This document shows positions 27,601-37,653 of a stretch of 64,000 bases of DNA, one piece after another. The DNA lies in contig JAQGDQ010000083.1 in NCBI GenBank assembly GCA_030141605.1, forward strand, positions 1 to 64,000, written 5' to 3'. The notes beneath the pieces are model-generated. The model searched no databases, had not been told where the DNA came from, and saw nothing but the letters and a program-made list of their open reading frames with translations. Numbering within the stretch: position 1 is the stretch's first letter; each line of letters begins with the position of its first letter. The stretch is from Tubiluchus corallicola (taxonomy: Eukaryota; Animalia; Priapulida). The position numbers and the translations under genes were made by a program.

Positions 27601-30600
27601 ACTTTAAAGCAAAGATAATTATAATTAATTCATATATATCAATAGTATATTCATTCATTCTTACATAAACAATGCAAATTGTTTACCACAAACTGGATCT
27701 TCAGACGTTCCAATCCAGGGAAAAAAACTGCGGGAATAAAAGTCATAGCCGGAGTTGGCTGGAGCTTTAACCGTCAAGTGGACACCGTACAGTTTCATCA
27801 GGGATGTGTTAGCTGCAGGAAGAGCAAAAATATCCGGTGCCCTTGCTTCCAAGATCTCCCTGAAAATAAATGTCTCTTTATTGTTTTATCACGAATGACA
27901 GGATTAGCTTGTTGCTCACAGTGTCCTTAGCTGCAAAATTAAGCAACATGGGACCTTAAGCCACTGTTGGGCATATTTTCACTTCATCCACCAATAGCAT
28001 ACAGTGTTTCTGCTCAGAGCTTTTTACTTTCTGAAATGTTTTACCTAGCACCTTGTCAATATCTGTCGATGAAATAACTGACTGCAGCTTTCTTTTGCTG
28101 GGTAACACTAAAAAGTCACGCAGTTGTTCGTAATTGCAATGGGGAAATGACTCTATTGCAAAGCAATAATCAGACACTGTGAAAGTCTTATCACATAATA
28201 GTCGAAGCTGTCGTGTTAGAAATTTGAGCTTCTTGGCTTTAGCATTAACACTAGGAGATTGTTCTCGATTTTGAGCTAGTTCAAGTTCAAGAGACTTTGT
28301 CACTTTGTTGACAATATCATCAACATGATGAATGTGGTTGACAACAGAATTCACAACCGCGAAAAATTGTGAGTAAGAGGACAGTCCATTGTTCGGACTG
28401 AGGATTTTAATTAATGGCACACTGATCCCGTTTTTGAAAGCATACAGAGTAAGAGGGGAACACAAGGTAGGCTTATTGTGAACAATAATTGACATATAAC
28501 ATTGACTGTGGTCCTCTTCCATGAACATGCACACAAATTTGTCTTGTGCGCGAGATATAATGAGGTTCTGATACGTCTTATGCAGGTCTTTCTCAGGAGT
28601 GAATTCATTGAGATAAGTTATTTTATCCTTTTTAAAGAAATAATTCAGCTGCTGGTCCTCAGTTTTTGGAGGGCGAGGTGGTGGCTTTGGAGTGGGCAAG
28701 CATGATGTTGGAACGTTGAAAATACTGGGTGGATCCACTGGCTGGTGTGACCACCTGGAATTTTGACTATTTGAGTATCCGATGGCCAATGCTTTTCGCA
28801 AATGAAAAATTTCGATGGATCAACAACAAAGCCTTCGCGTGGGGGAAGAACACTTAGCCATTTCTGTTTTTCTACATGATCTCTTGGCAGTCTGAACACA
28901 CGACACTTGTTCTCCGTGTCATAGTTACCTTGTTAGGCATGCTGCTGAGCACAGATGTATAAAATCCACGAGAAATTTTGAAAATAATCCCAAAAGAAAC
29001 AAACACAAGCACGAAAACAACGCTTCACTTGACTTTGAACAATGACACATTAACAATGACAAAGCACTACTTCCGGTAAAACACACTTACGCCTAAAGTA
29101 GTGCGCTATTTAAGAAGTAAAAATGAACACTAATTTCCTTTGATACATAAAATAAACAATTGGAACTTTTCTCCCGTAATGTAAAGAACCAATTAAATGA
29201 AAAATAATACTCGCTATCTACCGATCCGTCCATTCTTTAATTTCCAAGATCACTACTCTCTAAAGCGCACTATTTCTAGATTACGTTCATTACAAGTATT
29301 GATCGCCTCCGCTGGCGGAATCAGAGATCTGACTGTGCACGTCCTGTTGTATAGTAGTCCTTGCCTGAAGGTAAAACACACACACACACATGAAGCCTTA
29401 TACTTACAACAATAATAACATCAATGACTAATGAATGAAAAATGAGACAATGAGAGAATGAACCCAACAATGGACTGAAACATAGTGTATTTTAAATTCT
29501 TTTTCATGTAAGTAGAACTCCTGCCAAAAGTTAAAAAGTAGACTGACTTCAGCTTTTGTTAATTGATTTCTGCACATAACTGTACATATCCCATAATTCA
29601 ATGGGGAGTGTGATGTATTAGCAACTTAATAGACCAAATTTTAAGTTAAATAAATAAAACAGGACTTTATAGCAAACAAATAAACAAACATACACAAACA
29701 CACTTCATAGAAATAGAGATTAATTGCAGATTTGTGCAATTTGCAGCAATTTTATAGTATGTATAATAACATGAAAGCAAATGAAAAGTGCAAAACGAAT
29801 GACACACGACAAACCAAATAAAAAATTATCAACATGCACACCTGGACACAGAATCTTGAAGACACACAATCATTTGTTGTATAACAGGAGCATACTCCAC
29901 ATCAACAATAGGTAAATCTCCAACAAGTACCTGTATTATAAAAAACATTCACGTAAGATTCTACAGTGTATTAAAGTTTGGACCAAAATACTTTTTACAA
30001 AGAAGAATTTAGATGACTTGACTGTTGCAAGAATGTTGATATTTTGTCGCACTGCTTTTGAGAGTAATGAAGCATTCATACTAGCAAATTTTCTCGCCAA
30101 GTAACTCGCAAGCACGTTCAGACTAAAGAACAAAATTCTCCAGCATGAAGTAAACACCAGCTGATACTCCTCCTCTATTCACTGGGAGCAGTGTCAAGAG
30201 TAACTCGCTGAGACTGTTCACACTAAACAGGAAATCATTTCGTAGCAACTGTCTGAAAGTGTGCAATGACTTGTCGATAGTAACTCGCAAAGCAGTTCAC
30301 ACTTGCAAGTTTGGTGTTAGAGAAAAACTCCCAACAGAAAACTCGCTAGTCTGAATGCACCCTTAGTTTTATCATAGCGGCATTGTCTCGTATCTTTAAT
30401 CTGTGGATTTCTAAATTTAATGCACAGAATGTCAGGTTAGTAATTGTGATAGTTGTTTGCTAAACTTCAACTAGTCCTATTGTAGGAGTGCTATGCAATC
30501 TAGAATCACCGAAAAGAGTGATATGATATACTTTACTATATTATGTAACAGTGTGTGTGTGTGGGTGTGTGCGTGCGTGTGCATGCATGCACGGGTGTGT

Positions 30601-33600
30601 AACAGCCAGTAAAAAGAAACAATAAAGTAACAGCAAGCGCTTCACTGCCACCATTACTGTAACCACCCCACCCCGTCCCACCTTTGAATAATTTCCATGC
30701 TCCTCTCATGCTGTCCCCCTCTTCAGGTAAATTCAAAAACTGAATAGGGTTAATTAAAACACCAAAAAATTGTCATAAAAGGCAAGAAAGCCCTTTACTT
30801 ACATAAAGCTAGAAAATGTGTCTTTTCTATTTACATGAGTATTGCAGGCAAGAAAGCCCTTTACTTACATAAAGCTAGAAAATGTGTCTTTTCTATTTAC
30901 AAGAGTATTGCAGGCAAGAAAGCCCTTTACTTACATAAAGCTAGAAAATGTGTCTTTTCTATTTACATGAGTATTGCAGGCAAGAAAGCCCTTTACTTAC
31001 ATAAAGCTAGAAAATGTGTCTTTTCTATTTACATGAGTATTGCAGGCAAGAAAGCCCTTTACTTACATAAAGCTAGAAAATGTGTCTTTTCTATTTACAT
31101 GAGTATTGCAGGCAAGAAAGCGTAATACTAAGTAATACAAGTAAGATAATACTAAGTAATATGCCTTCAAAAAAGTCTGTGCAAAGCTGCAATTTAGCTA
31201 TTGACCAAAAAAACAGCCCATATGATACATTTGAAAAACATGGCCAGCACACACAGTTAAAACGAGTAAGCCTGGAAATTTCCTAAAATACATAAATATA
31301 CCAAGGTGTCAGAATGTCTTCCAAACTGTCAACCACCTACCTGCTAAAAGCTTCAATGATAAAATTACTTACAACAAAAACCCAAGCAAACTTGTTTTAC
31401 AGCTCATTCAAAAGAGTAGGTACCTTTAAAAGCTCTTTCACATTTTCCTTGTTAACACTAATAGTTGGATTAGCAGGAAAATCAAGCAGAATCATATTGT
31501 CCTCTTTTTTTCTGGCAACAAGTGGTCCACTCAGCGTATCAAATGTAATCTCTGTAAATTCGTTACCTGTAATAATTTACATAGCTGTAGATATATTCAC
31601 TAGCTGCCTTTTAATTTCAGACCTGCCTATCATAATGATTATCAATTTCACAAATATTTAGAGCCTAATCGTAGCATTAGTGGATTAGCAATACAATCAA
31701 ATATTGCAATGCCTAATTGTAATTTCATTATTTGAATAGAATATGGTTTAGAATATGGTTAACAGGCACTATTTTTCTTTTCCAATTTTTTAAAGTGCAG
31801 ATAAAAAGAAGGGAAAGCTGACAGTCTCCTAAGAAAATGCCAAATATGATGAGAACTGAAAACAGCGGAATGCTTTAAGTCCTAAAATGCAAAAAAAGGC
31901 ACACAATCTCCAAGCAATAGAAGAAAAAAAAGCAAAACTGCATGGAAGCTTATTTGAAGTAAACACATTAGCACACAAATAAATTCACAGTGAATTCGTT
32001 TGGTATTAGGTTGGCAAATAAAAACTCCCTGATTTTCAAGACAACGTGAAAAATACTTATGGGATCGCCATAGAAGCCAGAGCCGTACCGCTTCAGCTCA
32101 GCTCCAGCCGGTTTATTTCTACAGTCGACCTAGCCGATAAGAAACCCAGCTTTAGTCGTGCCAGCCGCTCGGTGACGGAAGTCGAGGTAGCTGACATTTT
32201 TGCCGGCTGTGATGATTTTTGCTCTTGCGAAAAAGTCACTGGCATAGCAGTGTCCAGTTTTTGTTAGATTACTGCTGTGTTTACCTGTTTTGAGGACAGA
32301 TTTCTATTATTTTAGAATTTTGCCTGCCCAATGTCTAGAAATAATGTAACAGGCTTATGATGATGATGAAATCACTGGTTGCAATGCGGTCATATTGTAC
32401 GTGTGCTGGCAGAGATACTAAACTTCAGAAATTTTTGAATGAGAAAGCAGTCAATTCAAAATTAAATAAAATGCACAAATAGGCAACATTAGCCACAGGT
32501 ATGGGATCATTTTGGTGTTTAGTATTGATTTGTTGGTAATCCAGATAAGCCTTGCCAAGGGTTGGATTTAAATTATATTTTCAATAAATCCATTGCTAGA
32601 GTTGCCAGATTATAAGCCAGGAGATTTTTTTAACATCGCGAGTACATAAATTATGAGAGATATATGGCATATAAAGGGGCGTGCTGTCGAATCACTTAAA
32701 CCAGTTCACAAATAGAACTATTCAAACTAACACTAAATTGTTGCTGCAGGACATAAGAATCACAATCTGTCATTCGTAATGGTGAACTCCAGTAAGTAAG
32801 CCACTGAAGGAGTAATCATAAGTGTCAATTCCTGAACCAAGTTCACTTAGGAAAATTTAGGTTTTGGTCAACTTGGCCTAGTGTTTATGCAGCACAGTGG
32901 CGGTTGTGTATAAGTATCAGAACTGCAGCGCCCCCTATTTTCACTCAATATTATCGATAATATTCAATACAATAAGTCTTTTTTCTTTAGTTCTTTCTTT
33001 ATACTTGTACGGAACCAGAGCACATGATGGTGCTGCACTGCTAGCATCTGCAGTAAGGTAGAGAAAGTACTGTCACTCACACAGTTGTCAGTTGTCACGT
33101 TCTTAAAAACCATGTACCGGCATATTCTTGAACTGCAGCAATTTAGGCTATTCGTAAGCAAAGATTTTTTTGTTTAGGATTTTATCAAGTTTACGTATGT
33201 TTTTGTATGCTTGTTTGTTTAAAATTACAATTACAACATTAAAATTACTTCAGCCGAGCTAGCTGATTTACTATGTGAGTGTCAGATGATTTAGTAGCAA
33301 CTGACTCAGTTTCAGCCGAGTTAGCTGATTTACTGTGAGTGTCAGCTGATTTAGTAGCAACTGACTCAGTTTCAGCCGAGCTAGCTGATTTACTGTGTGA
33401 CTCAGCTGATTTAGTAGCAACTGACTCAGCTTCAGCTTCTAGATTTACATTTCTGTCCTGCTTAGCAAATTTACCAACACAAGAGAAAAGCACCGTGGCA
33501 GCAGCAAGAGTGGAATGACCGCACAGTTGGAATTCGCAGGCAGGGGTAAACCATCGTAGACCAAAACGGGAAGAATTCTTGAACGAATCGTTTTCTGTTG

Positions 33601-34579
33601 GCAGTGCAATGAAACCGGTTATCGGCAAGTTCATTTCGAAAGCAATTTTTTGCATTTTTGCATCGTCGATTACCTAAAATAGAATAACCGAAGGACTATA
33701 TACATCACAATGTCTACAGCCATTTAATAATATAACCCAAGAAATGCAGATTACACCACAATTCAACTAATAAAAACAACACAGCTTTTGGGCAGTTTGG
33801 GATACATTTTGAACATATAACATATCTGCTGTTTTGTACAGTTCAAATAATACACAGAATATCTATTCTAATTGCAAAAAGAAACTACAAAGCCTCAGTA
33901 GAGACGGAAACAACAACAACAACAAAATGCATTTTCTGCATTGATACTCATTGTAATTCTCACTTAAAATTATACTAACGCTTTATGAAAAACACCTACT
34001 GTTATAATAGATCCAAATACAAACATAACTGAAAGGCACAGTCACCATTATCCTGACATTATTATGACTGATGTTATAAGTTTAATTGATTACAAATTGA
34101 TTTCAGCTGTGACCAAATGGACACTTTTATTTTCATCTAACTTGTTAAATTTGTTTCAATATTTCTAAAAGGAAACCAGTGATTTTTATTATGCAAGCCT
34201 GTGATTTAAATATTATAATATAATGATTTATTTATTGTAACACAGTAGATTAATTGAGTTAATCGCATAAATAAATAACAAGAAACATTATCAGTTAGTA
34301 GTTAAAAACTCGTATCTTTACATAAATAAGAGTGCGATTAAGCCACATACATTGACTTTGATTTTGTGCTATAGGATCACAAGTTATTTGCAGTGAAGAA
34401 CAGTGCAATAAAAATAGCTGACAACAGATTAAGACGAAAAGTTTGTTAATGACAGATCATTAATTTACCTGATTGTGTGACACTAGACATACAACAGTAG
34501 CATTTCCAGCAAATGCCTGGCTTGTGAAAGCATCCACCACATATAAAGGCAACGTGCATCCCTTATTTAAACTTGTCAT
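24610..34579 (-). CDS. PBLD: PBLD/PhzF-family protein, tandem copy 3 (complete, 296 aa, diverged; catalytic Glu replaced)
   Basis: Exons 34579-34469, 33673-33475, 31566-31424, 29930-29842, 27859-27687, 26264-26202, 24722-24610; same lengths and splice sites as copy 2, no stops or frameshifts; 21 aa differences from copy 2 by manual alignment, including NLSETC->NLPITG. Confidence 0.9.
25235..25261. repeat. (TA)n microsatellite, expanded relative to the copy-2 site at ~10364
   Basis: Direct reading. Confidence 0.9.
27957..29363 (-). mobile_element. 3'-truncated P-element-like (THAP-domain) DNA transposon in intron 4 of PBLD copy 3
   Basis: Terminus CAAGGACTACTATAC at 29363. Frameshifted transposase from ATG 28940: MPNK/GNYD...VFRLP...KWL...ICEKHW...PPSIF (THAP remnant), then YEQLRDFLVLPSKRKL...CMLLVDEVKI (start of the P-type catalytic core), cut off at 27957. 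Confidence 0.85.
30781..31121. repeat. 66-bp minisatellite, 5 copies, in intron 3 of PBLD copy 3
   Basis: Unit ggcaagaaagccctttacttacataaagctagaaaatgtgtcttttctatttacatgagtattgca starts at 30781, 30847, 30913, 30979, 31045; single unit in copies 1 and 2. Confidence 0.95.
33250..33435. repeat. 60-bp minisatellite, 3 copies, in intron 2 of PBLD copy 3
   Basis: Unit ~tcagccgagctagctgatttactgtgagtgtcagctgatttagtagcaactgactcagtt; about one unit at ~3190-3250 and ~17580-17640, and a related unit at ~12384-12432. Confidence 0.9.
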
Positions 34580-34674
34580 CTTGGTCTGTTGAGTAGAAAC
34601 AAAATGCAAATATGAAGCTAGAAATTTTTAATCTAGTATGTTGTCTGTATCGTATTACTTAATATACAAGTTAG

Positions 34675-35029
34675 TGTTGTGTTTAGTTTCTCTCGAAAGG
34701 CTCGTAGAGAAAACCAGAAAACACGCCGTCAAATAAAACTGCTTTATTTAGCGAGAATTCTACTATACAAAAGATGAAGGAACGTTGAAATGATTACAAT
34801 AAACGTGAAAATCTGGAAAACGTTTAAGTAAGTATAAATGCGTAAGTATAAGTCCGTGTTAGATCTGCGTGCGATCCCCTGTCGGCAGCCTGCTTCGCCT
34901 TATATAGCGCACTGCAGAAACTTCTGGAACAAATGTTCGAGAACAATCCAGACGCTAAAGCGGTCATCCCGACAGAACATTCTACGACGTTCTGTGCAAT
35001 TCTACTTGACGTCAGCGATCTCCACAACA
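34675..35029 (-). mobile_element. Solo LTR (355 bp) 95 bp upstream of the PBLD copy 3 ATG
   Basis: TGTTGTG...CACAACA termini, 5-bp TSD GTTAG (34670-34674, 35030-35034); empty sites at ~4490 and ~18877. Minus strand has TATATAAG (~34900) followed by AATAAA (~34745). Confidence 0.85.
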
Positions 35030-36689
35030 GTTAGATCGTAAACATCTACCAAAAAACTTAAAACATTTAACACTTCACCTAATGATTTCAGACGCCTTAA
35101 GCCTGATTTTTGCACTCTGACTGCACTCAGTGCAATGTTCTAATTTTAAACTTCCAAAAGTTCAAAGAGGTGCTGTTATGTGGATCACGACATTTCTAAA
35201 GTTGACATACTTAAAAATGTAAATTATATTTATGTTCTAGTGGGCATGGTAATGATAAACAGACAAAAAATAATGATGAGCAAATTAAATCGCTGGAAAT
35301 ACCACTTGTGATAACATATGCAGGTAATCAATTGTGGAGCTATGTGCACATGTATTCTATCTATGAACGTATGTTATGTATGTACGGCGTGTATGCGGCA
35401 TGTACTTCTGGATTCTTAGCATACTGCTGGTTTGAGTTGAGCATTGGGGTGAGCATGTAATCTGTGTCGTGTAGCAAACTGATACAGCGTATTTGTAAAG
35501 GCAAACTTCAATAGCCAGAAACGAATGTTACTCTACATACTAATTATTCAGATCTTTATGAGAACAGGACATCTGTGTACTCTACTTTGTAATCCCTTTC
35601 CTCTCCCTCTGTATAAGGCAATCGTCCTAAACACCTTTCGACAGTCTTTTATTATTCAGGTCTGAGTCAGGCTTCAATTTGGCAGACACTGATTACACTA
35701 CTAGCTCATATGCACAAGCTATTGCACTGTTTTATGTCAATGACTATACAAAAATGAAGAACAAATACTATGTTACAAATAAACATTTTGAAAAACCAGC
35801 ATAAATATTTATTAATGAAGTGTTACAATCCCAATCAATGACGAAGATGTATATGAAGTATATGTACTATCTGTTGAAATGTCTGATGAATGCTAGGAGT
35901 GGGAGGGATGGGGGCATATATAGCACAGAAACTTATAAAAACTACAAAATCGTAAACTTTCAGTAATGTTTTAGTTTAACATTTGTATCACTAGATTGTT
36001 GTTGATGCACTGTCGCTGTTAAAATGTGGATATCTGAATGTAAATGTGTGAACATTATATTATAGTACTTACTCATTCCTAAGGCGGAATTAATCAAATA
36101 GCCTATCGTTAAACCTAATTACGACTCTCATATTTAATAACGTAGCACAATTATGTTAAAGAACCGCTTAATTAACGCGAATTAGTAGGTCAGATGAGAG
36201 CAGATCAATCATACTTGTTATTTACCTTATTCACCTTGATTGTAATTTCACCACAGATTTGACAATGGAAATTATTCAAGTTTATTACGACACTGATCTA
36301 GTTTAATGATCGGTAGGTTCTTTTCACGGTCTGTACAGTTTAAGCGCTACTAAATCTCAGCTGGACGTTTCTCAATGTTCGAAGACAATTAAAGCAAATA
36401 AAGGCCCAAGCATTATTTCTGACACTTGTTTAAACTGTTTTAAATATGTGCTTATATGTGCTTGACCCTCGTATTTACCTAAACACAGTAACTGCACAAT
36501 TCCTTACTAATGTTTATCAATCAGATTTTTTTTAATACTAAAGGTCATGAAAAATAAAATGTGTTTATATAAAACCTCAACTGCTGAATTTTGGTATCAA
36601 ACTTGACTACACTGAGCCTGGGTTTGAATCAGTGACCCACTAGGCAGTCAGAATTCTAAAATAAAAGATGGTCTTCAAAGTCTCTTCCA

Positions 36690-36975
36690 TCTGTTGTAGA
36701 CATTGAGGCATTACCATTCATTAGAGCATTCCATCTACTCCTATCTGCAGCTAGTGCGGTAAGTTCTTCTACTCCTAAAGATAAATGGGTTAAAGTTATT
36801 GAACATCTTTATTTATCTTACTTAGCTGTCCACGTTGTTTTTCATTTGACATATGGTTTTTTGCAAGGTTCTTTAAGGATTCCTTTAAGGCAATTCTTAC
36901 TTATGCTTTACTTGGTAATTAGAGAACATATGCTAGCCATCTTGATGTTCGGAGCTCGACTTTTGGACTAAAGTC
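36690..36975 (-). mobile_element. Highly decayed RTE-like 3' fragment
   Basis: Minus-strand remnants RWLAYVL..P...IALKE...KKP...TTW...LAADRSRWNALM resemble RTE C termini (RW.GH.LR...A.DR..W). Confidence 0.55.
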
Positions 36976-37653
36976 GTTTGAACCAAGGAATATTAAAATA
37001 TGTTCGTCGTCGTTTCTGTGCTGCTATGTTCTAAAAATAACACGGCCCATCTCACTTGTTGATGCCACGCATTATGCACTGCTGCCACCAAACCAAAGCA
37101 ATCTTCTTACTTGTATTTGTTTACTCCAAGGATTCTTCTTCACCACATTATACTGATCATCAAACGCTATCGATAAATTTAAAATGAATATGAGAAGGGA
37201 CCTTAACGAGTTGAACTCTAGGTCCTGATGTCATTGTAAAAAAGACTGTAAAGCAGATATTCAGTCAGGCCATTTAATTGCGAGTAATTTCTATAGAGAT
37301 GTCTTTGAAAAGTGCCAATTTCCTTCTGTTACTTAAATTTTATTGCCCATAGGTCAACACTGTACAAAAACACAGATTCAACTAAGATGAAAGGATCTGG
37401 GCTTTGGTTTCAAGAGACAGTCTATTGTTTTCAAAAACCGTTGACATCTGTATAATCAGACAATGTAAGAAATTTCCTTCTTTGTATGTCAGCTTCGGTG
37501 TCTAACAAGCCACCAAAGTATTTACATCATTTCCATGAATAATTACCTCCTCTTCGAATATGGTATTCTTCAGTCTTTCTATTGCTGACTTTAAGATTAT
37601 ATTTTTCTAAACGGCAGCTGATCGTACATTCTGCATCTTGTAATTCCTCTATG

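Noticed and set aside
30781-31121. Regular repeats as a CRISPR-like array (also 33250-33435)
   Set aside because: Head-to-tail units with no unique spacers, eukaryotic intron context, no cas genes.
9738-34579. Bacterial phenazine biosynthesis cluster or recent horizontal transfer of phzF
   Set aside because: Genes have six spliceosomal introns and resemble the animal PBLD family; no other phz genes are present.
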